Of a DNA stretch of 64,000 nt, positions 9,089 to 18,187 are shown one piece after another. The notes below the pieces were generated by a model. The model was not told the origin of the DNA, did no database searches, and was given only the letters and a program-made list of their open reading frames with translations. The DNA comes from Methanosuratincolales archaeon. GTDB lineage: Archaea > Thermoproteota > Methanomethylicia > Methanomethylicales > Methanomethylicaceae. Every line of letters starts with the position of its first letter. The first letter of the stretch is position 1. The translations under genes and the position numbers were made by a program. Location: the NCBI GenBank assembly GCA_014361445.1, contig JACIVQ010000001.1, positions 10,174 through 74,173 on the forward strand, written 5' to 3'.

Positions 9089-10216
9089 TTACCTCCTTCC
9101 TCCCATTGTCAGTGCCATAATGCCCTTCTGTCCGTGTAGCCTGTTCTCAGCCTCGTCCACCGAGACAGACCATCTGTTGGAGAAGATCACTTCGGGTTCC
9201 ACTTCATAGCCAACATCGGCAGGTAGGCAGTGCATCCAGATGCTGTTCTTGCGAGTCCTGTCCATAAGCTCGGGCGTAGTCTTCCAAGCAGCGAGGTTGT
9301 GGGTCCTCTTGTACTCCTCGTGGAGCTTCTCGTCGTAGCCCCCAGCCTTCAGGAGCTCCCAGCTGCACCATCCCTTCGGATAGACCACGAGAGCGTCCTC
9401 GAATGCCTCTTCCATGCTGTGGACTATCTCGAACTTCGTGCCGTACTGGTCGGCGAGCTTTTTAGTATACTCCTCGACAGCAGGGTCCAGGTTGAATTTC
9501 TCTGGGTATGCTAGAGTGACGTCCATCTGGAGGAGTCTTGTGAAGAAGATTATGTTTGTCTGGGGGACTGCCACCGGCTTCCATGCGCCAGGGCTGTTGG
9601 CATAGCACATAACAAACTTCTTTCCTCTTAGGCTCCTGGCATTATATTTCTCTATCACAGTCATGATATCCGCGACGCCTTGACATGGGTGCCACATATC
9701 GCACTCCATATTAATCACAGGTACGGTTGAGGCCTTGGCGTACTCCCTCATTGTGAGGTTGCCCTCTCCGTAGTACTGACCCTTCACGTATCTCCTTATG
9801 GCTATACCGTCGCACATCCTGCTCATGATGGCGGCGGTCTCATAGATGGTTTCACCATGGGTTATCTGTAGCTTTCCGGGGTCCAAATCGTATGCTACGC
9901 CTCCAAGCTGAGTAATCCCTGTAATAAAGGACGACCTAGTTCTCGTGGAAGGGTTGAAGAACAACGTAAATAGCGACTTCCCTTTGCAGATGTTGTCGTG
10001 TCGCTGTCCCATTGCATATTGCCTTTTTAGGTCGAAGGAGACATCCAATACTGTCCAAAGCTCTTCGTCACTCCATTCTATCTCGGGAGCTATCCAGTGT
10101 TTCCCATGGAGTTCTGTTTTTACCAAATATCTCCCTCCGAGTTTTTGCTGGAATTGGGTATAAATTTTTGGTTTAATAATGCTTTCGCGAGGGTTAGAGG
10201 AAACTATCACAAACAA
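9089..10216 (-). CDS. YgeW-family (knotted) carbamoyltransferase; putative catabolic transcarbamylase
   Basis: 375 aa. STRTR carbamoyl-phosphate motif, and ITHGETIYETAAIMSRMCDGIAIR compared with YgeW IAHGETVRETANMISFCADAIGIR. Also MDVTLAYPE, SMEEAF.DA.VVYPKGW and HCLPA. HPCQ replaces HPTQ. The length and the extra segments are as in E. coli YgeW. Confidence 0.8.
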   Translation of the reverse strand: MFVIVSSNPRESIIKPKIYTQFQQKLGGRYLVKTELHGKHWIAPEIEWSDEELWTVLDVSFDLKRQYAMGQRHDNICKGKSLFTLFFNPSTRTRSSFITGITQLGGVAYDLDPGKLQITHGETIYETAAIMSRMCDGIAIRRYVKGQYYGEGNLTMREYAKASTVPVINMECDMWHPCQGVADIMTVIEKYNARSLRGKKFVMCYANSPGAWKPVAVPQTNIIFFTRLLQMDVTLAYPEKFNLDPAVEEYTKKLADQYGTKFEIVHSMEEAFEDALVVYPKGWCSWELLKAGGYDEKLHEEYKRTHNLAAWKTTPELMDRTRKNSIWMHCLPADVGYEVEPEVIFSNRWSVSVDEAENRLHGQKGIMALTMGGRR

Positions 10217-10224
10217 AAAAGAGG

Positions 10225-11604
10225 TTAGTTTAAGGGCTGGTACTTTCCTCTTGGGACGAACTTGCCCGTGCCCTTCTTGCCGACAAACTCCCTGTTGTAT
10301 ACGACGGGTTTGCCCCTCACAAAGACATGAATAGGCATACCCTTGACTTTGACCCCCTCGTATATGGAGTAGTCGATCCTCGAGTGGAGGTTCTCCTGGC
10401 TCAGCTCCATCTCGAAGTCTGGGTCGAAGACGACTATGTCTGCATCGCTGCCCACGTTCAGCGTGCCCTTCCTTGGATATAAACCGAAGAGCTTTGCCGG
10501 GTTGTAAGAGACCACCTCTACGAGCTTATTCAAGGATATCCTGTTCTTGGAAACGCCTTCGCTGTAGAGTATAGGGATCATGGTCTCTGTGCCAGGAACA
10601 CCGTTAGGAACCTTGGTGAAGTTGTCTTTCCCAAGGTCCTTCTGGGCGTCTGTGAATGTGCAGTGATCGGTTGCGACTGTGCTCAGCGTGCCATTTGCGA
10701 GCCCCTCCCAGAGGGCTTCGTTGTCTGCTTTACCCCTCAAAGGAGGCGACATTATATACCGCCTCCCCTTCGGCGATAGGTATTTCTCGTCGGTGAGTAT
10801 GAGGTAGTGGGGGCACGTCTCCCCATACAGGTTCGAATAGAGCTTCTTCATCCTTGAGAGCTCGGCTACGCCCTCCTTTGTAGACATGTGCACGATGTAA
10901 AGGTTCCCCCCGGCGGCTGCTGCCAGCGCCAGACCCCTGTGGACAGCCTCGCCCTCAACGAAGTTCGGTCTGCTCTTTGCGTGGTACTCCGCGGATAGCT
11001 TTCCCAAGGAGACATATCGCTCTATTAGGAGTTCCAGAACAGAGTTGTTCTCGGCATGTAGCTGGACCAAGAACCCGAGTCTTCGGCTCTCTTCCAACAT
11101 CCTGTATATCCTGCCATCGTCGCTCATCAGACCCTCCTTTCTGTATGGCATGAAGAGCTTGAAGCTTGAGACCCCAGCCTCGAGGACCTTGGGGATCTCT
11201 TTGACCAGGTCTTCCGTTAAGTTTGTCACAGCCACGTGGATCCCATAATCCACAACCACTTTGGGGTCAGCCTTGCCCCTCCAGAGGGATATGGTCTCCA
11301 AGAATGTTTTGTCCTTCGGCTGTATCGCGAAGTCCAGAATTGTGGTAACACCACCAAAAGCTGCTGCAATTGTGCCGTACTCAAAGTCGTCGACTGTAGT
11401 GGTTCCCATGAAAGGCATTTCCATGTGGGTGTGGGCGTCTATGCCCCCAGGCATAACATACTTGCCTGAGGCGTCCACGACCTCCTGCGCCTTTTCAGTG
11501 ATGTTTGAGGCGATTGCCACTATCTTGCCGTCTTTCACTCCGATGTCTGCTTTGAAGGTGTCCTTTGGGGTTACAATGGTTCCGTTCTTTATTAATAAGT
11601 CCAT
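10225..11604 (-). CDS. dht: dihydropyrimidinase / D-hydantoinase
   Basis: 459 aa cyclic amidohydrolase. N-terminal LLIKNGTIV...GKI.AI....DA.G..V.PGGID.HTH metal-binding motif and full-length similarity to the hydantoinase family. Confidence 0.9.
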   Translation of the reverse strand: MDLLIKNGTIVTPKDTFKADIGVKDGKIVAIASNITEKAQEVVDASGKYVMPGGIDAHTHMEMPFMGTTTVDDFEYGTIAAAFGGVTTILDFAIQPKDKTFLETISLWRGKADPKVVVDYGIHVAVTNLTEDLVKEIPKVLEAGVSSFKLFMPYRKEGLMSDDGRIYRMLEESRRLGFLVQLHAENNSVLELLIERYVSLGKLSAEYHAKSRPNFVEGEAVHRGLALAAAAGGNLYIVHMSTKEGVAELSRMKKLYSNLYGETCPHYLILTDEKYLSPKGRRYIMSPPLRGKADNEALWEGLANGTLSTVATDHCTFTDAQKDLGKDNFTKVPNGVPGTETMIPILYSEGVSKNRISLNKLVEVVSYNPAKLFGLYPRKGTLNVGSDADIVVFDPDFEMELSQENLHSRIDYSIYEGVKVKGMPIHVFVRGKPVVYNREFVGKKGTGKFVPRGKYQPLN

Positions 11605-11653
11605 TATAAAGCCTCCAATATTAATATAGAAAAAGTGTTGTTTAAACGCTTGC

Positions 11654-12862
11654 CTATTTTGTGACTTTCTTCCATGTTATGCATCCAGGCACAGGGCATA
11701 GATGCGTACAGAGGGAGCATGCGTCGCACTTCTCCTCGTCGACCTCGGCGGCTTTTCCTTGCTCGAACTTTATCGCCTGGTACCCGCCATCGCGACATGC
11801 CACGTAGCAGAGACCGCACTTTATGCAAAGGTCCTTGTTGATGCTGGCAACGACCGTGTAGTCCTTGTTGAGCTTCGACCAAGCGGTCAGTTTGGGGAGG
11901 CTCTTCCCGATGATCTCGTTAACCGAGGAGAAGCCTTTGTCAGCAAGGTAGTTGGTGAGACCGTCAACGAAGTCGGAAATTATCCGGTAGCCCCTCCACA
12001 TCACCGCGGTGCAGACTTGGACGCTGCCTGCACCCACGAGGAGGTATTCAACAGCATCCTTCCAAGTAGTTATTCCACCTATCCCAGAGACGGGGATGTT
12101 AGTTGCCTGAGCTATCTGGGCGACGCACCTTAGTCCAATCGGCTTGACGCCTGGTCCCGATAGACCGCCGAAGGTGCTCATCCCGTCGACGGTGGGTATC
12201 GGCTCAAATGTATCTATGTTGATGCCTATTAGACCGAGTACAGTGTTTATGGCAGAGATGGCATCGGCTCCGGCTTCCTCTGCAGCCTTGGCGGTGTAGG
12301 CGATGTCTGTGACGTTCGGTGTTAGTTTCACCATTACAGGGACCGAGGATCCGCGCTTTGCTGCCTTTGTGAGCTTTTGGATGAGCTCGGTCCTTTGCCC
12401 GATGAAGGCGCCCATCCCCCGTTCAGGCATCCCGTGTGGGCAGCCGAAGTTCAGCTCAATCATATCCACGCCCGCCTCGCTCACGACCCTGGCAAGCTCC
12501 TCCCAGTCCTCCTCCTTGCACTCGGCCATGATGCTCCCTATGAGCGCCTTCTCGGGGAACTTTTTCTTGATCTCTTTGATCTCCTTCACCCATGTGCCGA
12601 CGGGCCTCTTTGAGACCTCTTCGATGTTTTCGAAGAGTATCATCTGCTTCGTCTCGAAGCCCATCACGCCAAACCTGTTCTTTAGATCGTAGACAGGGGT
12701 CTTGTCTGGCTTTATGGTCTTGGTGACAGCTCCAGCCCAACCAGCCTCGAATGCCCTCATTATCATCTCGCCAGTGCATGTAGGTGGCGCCGATGAGAGC
12801 ATGTATGGGTTCTCCAGCTCAAGGTTGCAGAATTTTACGGATATATCTGGTTTTGAAACCAT
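11654..12862 (-). CDS. preA: dihydropyrimidine dehydrogenase subunit PreA-like (DHODH-fold with C-terminal 2x[4Fe-4S] ferredoxin domain)
   Basis: Collinear with E. coli PreA ([23 protein letters not shown]...). C-terminal CIKCGLCYVACRDGG and CDACSLCTHLCPV ferredoxin motifs. 402 aa. Confidence 0.85.
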   Translation of the reverse strand: MVSKPDISVKFCNLELENPYMLSSAPPTCTGEMIMRAFEAGWAGAVTKTIKPDKTPVYDLKNRFGVMGFETKQMILFENIEEVSKRPVGTWVKEIKEIKKKFPEKALIGSIMAECKEEDWEELARVVSEAGVDMIELNFGCPHGMPERGMGAFIGQRTELIQKLTKAAKRGSSVPVMVKLTPNVTDIAYTAKAAEEAGADAISAINTVLGLIGINIDTFEPIPTVDGMSTFGGLSGPGVKPIGLRCVAQIAQATNIPVSGIGGITTWKDAVEYLLVGAGSVQVCTAVMWRGYRIISDFVDGLTNYLADKGFSSVNEIIGKSLPKLTAWSKLNKDYTVVASINKDLCIKCGLCYVACRDGGYQAIKFEQGKAAEVDEEKCDACSLCTHLCPVPGCITWKKVTK

Positions 12863-12883
12863 ATTTTCTCACTTCCATAACTA

Positions 12884-14245
12884 CTATTTCTTTGAACTCT
12901 TACCTCCGGAGAGGAACTTGTCAATGGCAGCTGCAGCCTTCTTACCCTCAGCCACAGCCTCAACGACGGTCTCGCCGCCGTTTACGGCGTCGCCGCCCGC
13001 AAATATGCCCTTTATGGATGTGGAGAAGTTCTCGTCCACAACGATCAGCCCTTTCTCTGTCTTGACGCCATAGGACTTTAGAAGGTCTTCGTCCGGCTTC
13101 TGCCCTATCGCAACTATAACCGAGTCCACATCCAGGCGGAACTCCGAGCCCTTTATGGACCTTACGCCCCTCCTCCCAGAGGAGTCTGGCTCGGTGAGCT
13201 CCATCTTAACGCACTCAATCGCTTTGACGCTCTTGTCTCCTATTATCCGGACCGGGGCTGTGAGTAAGAGGAACTCCACGCCCTCCTCCCTCGCTTGGTT
13301 CCTGCCGTAGGGTACTGCGGGCATCTCGGCGAAGGATCTCCTGTAGACGATGTAGACCCTTTCGGCACCGAGCCTCACAGAGGCACAGGCTGCGTCTATG
13401 GCGGTGTCTCCGCCGCCTATCACGGCGACCCGCTTTCCCTTGAGGTCGGGCGCCTTCCCCTCTCCCATCAACCATTTTGCCACAGATTGTAGGAATTCCT
13501 GTGCGGGGTAAACACCATTTAGCTCCTCGCCGGGTATCCCGAGCTTCTGGGACTTTGTTGCGCCCACGCCAACGAAGACAGCGTCATACTCCTTAAGAAG
13601 TGGCTTTAGGTCGGTAATTTTCCTGTTTGTGACGAAATTAATGCCATACTCCTTTATGAGATCGATCTCAGACTCGGGAACAGACCAGGGTGCCTTCCAA
13701 GGAAGGATGCCGTAGAGCAGAAGGCCTCCGGGTCTTGGGTTTGCATCGAAGACCGTGACGCTGTAGCCCATTCGGGCGAGCTCGTATGCTGCCGAGAGAC
13801 CGGCGGGACCAGCACCCACAACTGCAACCTTCTTGTCCTTGGATCGTGATTTCGGGAATTTCACGAGACCCTTGAGCTTCTCTTTCTCGTAGGCGAACCT
13901 CTGGAGCATAGATATAGCCACAGGCTCCTCGTTCAAGTTCCTCCTTACGCACTTGGACTCGCAGAGGCGCTCAACTGGACAGACGTAGCCGCATTCCCCT
14001 CCTAAGATGTTGCTCTCGCGTATGACTTTGGCAGCCCCATAGAAGTTTCCAGTTTTTATGCGGTATATGAACTCGGGGATGTTGATCCCAGCTGGGCAAG
14101 CCGAGATGCACGGAGCGTCGAAGCACATAAGGCACCTTGAGGCTTCGTACACAGCAAGCCTGTCGTCGAGGTTTGAGACGTATGGAGCGAAGCCAGAGAT
14201 CCTCTCATGCGGAGGAATAGTTTTAGTATGGACTCTACCTGACAT
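12884..14245 (-). CDS. preT: dihydropyrimidine dehydrogenase subunit PreT-like (GltD-like FAD/NAD(P) oxidoreductase with N-terminal Fe-S domain)
   Basis: EASRCLMCFDAPCISACPAG...ECGYVCP..LCESKC N-terminus, VAVVGAGPAGLSAAYELARMGYSVTVFD dinucleotide fold and C-terminal GGDTA. Its size matches PreT rather than the large YgfK/GltB proteins. Confidence 0.8.
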   Translation of the reverse strand: MSGRVHTKTIPPHERISGFAPYVSNLDDRLAVYEASRCLMCFDAPCISACPAGINIPEFIYRIKTGNFYGAAKVIRESNILGGECGYVCPVERLCESKCVRRNLNEEPVAISMLQRFAYEKEKLKGLVKFPKSRSKDKKVAVVGAGPAGLSAAYELARMGYSVTVFDANPRPGGLLLYGILPWKAPWSVPESEIDLIKEYGINFVTNRKITDLKPLLKEYDAVFVGVGATKSQKLGIPGEELNGVYPAQEFLQSVAKWLMGEGKAPDLKGKRVAVIGGGDTAIDAACASVRLGAERVYIVYRRSFAEMPAVPYGRNQAREEGVEFLLLTAPVRIIGDKSVKAIECVKMELTEPDSSGRRGVRSIKGSEFRLDVDSVIVAIGQKPDEDLLKSYGVKTEKGLIVVDENFSTSIKGIFAGGDAVNGGETVVEAVAEGKKAAAAIDKFLSGGKSSKK

Positions 14246-14311
14246 AGAACTCGCTCCTTAGAGGATTAACGATTAATAAGGGGTTTTAATTAAGGCTTTC
14301 GTGATAGAATT

Positions 14312-15001
14312 ATGAATTGTCCAAAGAGAATGGTCGTTAAGGGAATCGTGTTCGATCTTGACGGTACATTAGTAGACTCTATAGATTCTATTTGGAAGGC
14401 TTCTGAATATGTACTAAAGATTAACGGTTACCGCGGGATAGACCGCCAGGATGTGGTAGAGGCCATGGGCAAGACCATATTTGACTTATTTTTGAGGGTC
14501 GAGCCAGGTCTGAGTCATAAGGAGCAGCAGAAGCTATTCGAGGACTACAGGAGAGTCTATATGGATTTCATAGCGCATACGAGACTGATCCCCAGGGTTA
14601 AGGAAACCTTGGCAGTTTTGAGGGGGAGAAGGTTAAAGATGGCGGTCGTCACAACAAAGAGCAAGCAGAATGCTGAGAAGATCCTTTCGTTTTTTGGCAT
14701 AAGGGGCTTCTTTGATGTGGTTATAGGCTTCGAGGATGTGAAGGAGCATAAGCCTTCCATAGAGCCAATAATAAGGGCGGCAGAAGGGCTTAACCTCCAA
14801 GCCTCAGAGTTGGTTGTTGTCGGCGACACTCACATAGACGTCAAAGCTGGGAGGGAGGCAGGCGCATTAACAGTTGCGGTTAAAACTGGCGTGACGCCCC
14901 TGGAGAGGATTACGGCGGAGAGACCAGACTTTTTGATCGATGATGTCTCCAGTCTACCTGAGGTGTTGGAGCAGAATGGGCTCATCAGTATCGGGGACTG
15001 A
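14312..15001 (+). CDS. HAD-superfamily hydrolase (phosphatase, PGP/PpaX-like)
   Basis: DLDGTL motif I, S/T motif II, K and a DD motif near the C-terminus. 229 aa. Confidence 0.75.
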   Translation: MNCPKRMVVKGIVFDLDGTLVDSIDSIWKASEYVLKINGYRGIDRQDVVEAMGKTIFDLFLRVEPGLSHKEQQKLFEDYRRVYMDFIAHTRLIPRVKETLAVLRGRRLKMAVVTTKSKQNAEKILSFFGIRGFFDVVIGFEDVKEHKPSIEPIIRAAEGLNLQASELVVVGDTHIDVKAGREAGALTVAVKTGVTPLERITAERPDFLIDDVSSLPEVLEQNGLISIGD

Positions 15002-16280
15002 TGTTCTTTAGGATCTCGTCGAACACCTCAACAGCGGTGTCAATATGCTCACGGGTCAGAACTAATGGTGGCTCTATTCTTATGACGTTCCCCTCCAAAC
15101 CTCCGAGGCCCACAAGTATCTTTTTCTTCCACGCCTCTTGCAAGAATCTTACGGCTTCCTCCCTTGCTGGCACCTTTGTGGATCTCTCTTTAACGAGCTC
15201 GACCCCTAAGAAGAGACCGACGCCTCTCACGTCTCCTACAATCTCGTATCTCTCCTGCAGCGATTCCAGCCTGCGCTTGAAGTATGCGCCGTTCTCTTTT
15301 ACCTTATCCATGAGCCCACTTGTCAGCTCTTCCAGAACGGCCTCTGCGGCAGCGCATGCGAGAGCATTCCCGCCCAGCGTGGAGTAGTGCTCCCCTGGTC
15401 TGAGGGCAGAGTCGAGCTCTTCTCTGTAGATGGTCACACCGAGTGGAAGACCGTTTGCTATAGCCTTCGATGTGGTCATCACGTCTGGTACAACCCCATA
15501 GTGCTCAATCCCCCAAAGCTTGCCGGTCCGACCATTCCCAGACTGGACTTCGTCCGCAATGAAAAGTATGGAGTACCTGTCCAGCACCCGCTTAACCTCC
15601 TTAAAATAATCAGAGGGGGGTATGATCATGCCACCATTAGCTAGCATGGGTTCCGCTAAAAGTGCAGAGATAGAGTCCCCTCCAACCTCGCATTTAATTA
15701 CGTCTTCCATGTACTTTACGCAGGCGAATCCGCATTCAGGACAGCTTTTGTGGCCGAGCGGGCACCTGTAGCAATAAGGATCAGGCGCAAACACCACTGG
15801 CGCGAATGGACCAAGCCCAACCTTCCAGTTTGACTGCCCCAACGCACTCATGGCGTAAAACGTCCTGCCGTGAAAAGACCGGTGGAGTGCCATTATGTAG
15901 GGTCTTTTCTTGACGCGCTTAACGAGGGAGATTGCGGTCTCGTTTGCCTCTGATCCGCTATTCGTGAAGAAGGTCTTGGTGAGTGCGCCCCCGGGGGAGA
16001 GTTCGGAGAGCCTCTTTGCAAGTTTTGCCGTGTACTCCAAGTAGTATAGTGAAGAAGTGTGGAACAACTTTTGCATCTGAGCTTGAACTGCCTTGATTAC
16101 TCTTTGGTTCGACCATCCCACATTAACTATGGAGACGCCAGCGTATAGGTCAATATAGGCCTCCCCCTCGATAGAGTAAACGATGTCGTCAACAGCCCTG
16201 TCCGGGACAAAGGGGTAGTAATGCCTGTACATGCGCGAGAGGTATCGGTCGGAGAGGTCGATTACATCTTTAGGGTTCAT
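14985..16280 (-). CDS. class-III (omega) aminotransferase, PLP-dependent; candidate beta-alanine/4-aminobutyrate aminotransferase
   Basis: 431 aa. GSEANE..., the DEVQSG.GRTGK PLP-lysine region and TTSKAIANG. The beta-alanine role is inferred from the neighbouring pyrimidine-catabolism genes only. Confidence 0.8.
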   Translation of the reverse strand: MNPKDVIDLSDRYLSRMYRHYYPFVPDRAVDDIVYSIEGEAYIDLYAGVSIVNVGWSNQRVIKAVQAQMQKLFHTSSLYYLEYTAKLAKRLSELSPGGALTKTFFTNSGSEANETAISLVKRVKKRPYIMALHRSFHGRTFYAMSALGQSNWKVGLGPFAPVVFAPDPYCYRCPLGHKSCPECGFACVKYMEDVIKCEVGGDSISALLAEPMLANGGMIIPPSDYFKEVKRVLDRYSILFIADEVQSGNGRTGKLWGIEHYGVVPDVMTTSKAIANGLPLGVTIYREELDSALRPGEHYSTLGGNALACAAAEAVLEELTSGLMDKVKENGAYFKRRLESLQERYEIVGDVRGVGLFLGVELVKERSTKVPAREEAVRFLQEAWKKKILVGLGGLEGNVIRIEPPLVLTREHIDTAVEVFDEILKNISPRY

Positions 16281-16336
16281 AAAACCACTCAGGGATAAAA
16301 AAAGTGCATGGATCTATAAATAATGATTTGGGGGGC

Positions 16337-16681
16337 TCATTTGGGAGGCGCATTGACGGCGATGAGCCAGAGAGGGGTCTTTCCGATGTTCTTTATGGAG
16401 TGTGGAACGTTTGGTGGGAAGACCAGCGCGTTTCCTGTCTTAACCTTGTACTCCTCGTTTCCTATGGTGACCAGCGCCCTCCCCTTCAATATGTAGTAAG
16501 CCTGTTCGAAGGGATGGGTGTGGGGGTCTGCCCTCCCGCCCACCTCAAACTCTGACCTGAACATGGAGAGGTTTTTGCACCCCACGTTAGCTTCCTCCAG
16601 CAGGACTCTAGTGATACATCCGTAGTGTAGTGGGGGCACGAAGGTCCGTGCTTCTTTAGGATCTATAACACGCTTCGTCAT
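16337..16681 (-). CDS. cupin-domain protein
   Basis: 114 aa. The H.H...E...H cupin metal motif (PHTHPFEQAYYILKG...PPNVPHS). Directly upstream of, and co-oriented with, the aminotransferase. Confidence 0.7.
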   Translation of the reverse strand: MTKRVIDPKEARTFVPPLHYGCITRVLLEEANVGCKNLSMFRSEFEVGGRADPHTHPFEQAYYILKGRALVTIGNEEYKVKTGNALVFPPNVPHSIKNIGKTPLWLIAVNAPPK

Positions 16682-16834
16682 TTAACACACCTAGAAGTAT
16701 ATGGGACCGTTAAGGCTTAAATAAGTGTTTGTAGGCAGATTGAAAAATTTATCATTTTTATCCTCATTCTCAATTTTTGTTTTTGTTTTCGCTGTCGTCA
16801 TAACTGATTTTTGGTTTTTCGATTGTTCAAGTTC

Positions 16835-17605
16835 TCAAAGCGGAATGATGGCCCTTATGTTGGAGTAGGTGATCATTTGGATGTCTCTTCCACTCACCCC
16901 TGTGCGATCAAGATAGTGTGCGACCCGCGGGAGTGAGAGGGGATCCGAAGGCCTATTTCCGATGTCACTGTTGAGGACAATACCTTCTGGACCGTTCTTG
17001 AGGATAACTTCGTGGACGTCTTTTGGGGTGAGTTTACCAGGCTGAACCGTGAGCCCCGCATTGGCGCCTATGGCCCTAACCCTTTCCACAAGGTTCGGGG
17101 TAAGGTGGTCTATTATCACCCGTGCGGGGTCTACATTTTCAGATTCGATTATTGAAATTAACTTCTCCAAGATCTTTTCCTTGTTGTTCCTTGGCGTGTG
17201 CATGATCATGGGTACGGGGTACTCGTTGGCGATCCGGATCTGCTGGGTCAAGACAAACTCCTCTTCTTGGCTGCCAGTCTCGAGGCCCACCTCGCCCAGT
17301 GCGGAGGCTTTTTCGTTGTCAAAGAGTGCTAGGATGTGGTCCAAGACGGCCTTTAGGTCCGCTTCTGGAATTGACCTTGGGTGGATCCCGACAGCAACCC
17401 TTGAGCTTATCCCGTACGAGCTGAGCCTCATCGGCTCCTCTTCCATTACCCAACGGAATAGGTCTTGTAAAGTCGAGAATCCGGATGGCTGAACTGGGAA
17501 AAAAGAGCAGATAATTACGCCCTCCACGCCAGATACTGACATTAGCTCAAGGTCTTCTGGACCCCTAAGGTAAGTGTGGGTATGAGAGTCGATGAACCTC
17601 AACAC
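16835..17605 (-). CDS. TatD-family metal-dependent hydrolase
   Basis: IDSHTH motif near the N-terminus and an internal HTP motif. The ORF-track start at 17704 adds a repeat-encoded NRDKNRDK extension, so the likely GTG/TTG start is at about 17605. Confidence 0.65.
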   Translation of the reverse strand: MLRFIDSHTHTYLRGPEDLELMSVSGVEGVIICSFFPVQPSGFSTLQDLFRWVMEEEPMRLSSYGISSRVAVGIHPRSIPEADLKAVLDHILALFDNEKASALGEVGLETGSQEEEFVLTQQIRIANEYPVPMIMHTPRNNKEKILEKLISIIESENVDPARVIIDHLTPNLVERVRAIGANAGLTVQPGKLTPKDVHEVILKNGPEGIVLNSDIGNRPSDPLSLPRVAHYLDRTGVSGRDIQMITYSNIRAIIPL

Positions 17606-17663
17606 GCCCACCCCCACAAAAGGTTGAGTTGCCGTTTTAGTGCTGGATCTATCATGGTTTTGG

Positions 17664-17699
17664 TTTTTATCTCGGTTTTTATCTCGGTTTTTATCTAAT
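17664..17699. repeat. 12-bp tandem repeat (ggtttttatctc) x3 between the thioredoxin and tatD-like genes
   Basis: Direct reading of ggtttttatctcggtttttatctcggtttttatcta. Confidence 0.6.
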
Positions 17700-17722
17700 T
17701 CCAATTTAATCCAATCTTTGAT

Positions 17723-18142
17723 TTAGAGGTATTTCTTTATCTCGGCTTCAAGTCCACTTGCTCCAACCGCGCCGACGAGTCGCCCAACTTCCCTGCCGTT
17801 CTTGAAGAAGACAAATGTTGGTATCCCATAAATCCCAAGCCTTTGAGGAACCTCGAGATTCTCATCAACATTCACTTTTGCCATAAGTACCTTACCTTCG
17901 TACTTTCTGGCAAGTTGTTCAAATATTGGTGCCATTATCATGCAAGGTCCACACCATGATGCCCAGAAGTCTACGACCACCAATTTATCGGTAGTGGAAA
18001 CGAAGGAATCAAATGTTTGATCGTTAAGCTCCACATAACTATGGCTCATTTTCTTCTCACCACCAGTATATTTCTTAGCCATAATCTCTGAGAGTTTTCT
18101 GGCTTTTATTCTTTCAAGCTCGTCATCAAAACTCTCGGACAT
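17723..18142 (-). CDS. trxA: thioredoxin
   Basis: WCGPC active site in a ~110-aa Trx fold with an N-terminal extension. 139 aa. Confidence 0.9.
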   Translation of the reverse strand: MSESFDDELERIKARKLSEIMAKKYTGGEKKMSHSYVELNDQTFDSFVSTTDKLVVVDFWASWCGPCMIMAPIFEQLARKYEGKVLMAKVNVDENLEVPQRLGIYGIPTFVFFKNGREVGRLVGAVGASGLEAEIKKYL

Positions 18143-18187
18143 AGGCTTTCAGGCTCCTTTTTAGGTCGAGGCATATTTATTTTTCTC

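Noticed and set aside
12303-12779. ORFs on both strands inside preA
   Set aside because: Alternative-frame artefacts in a gene with strong homology.
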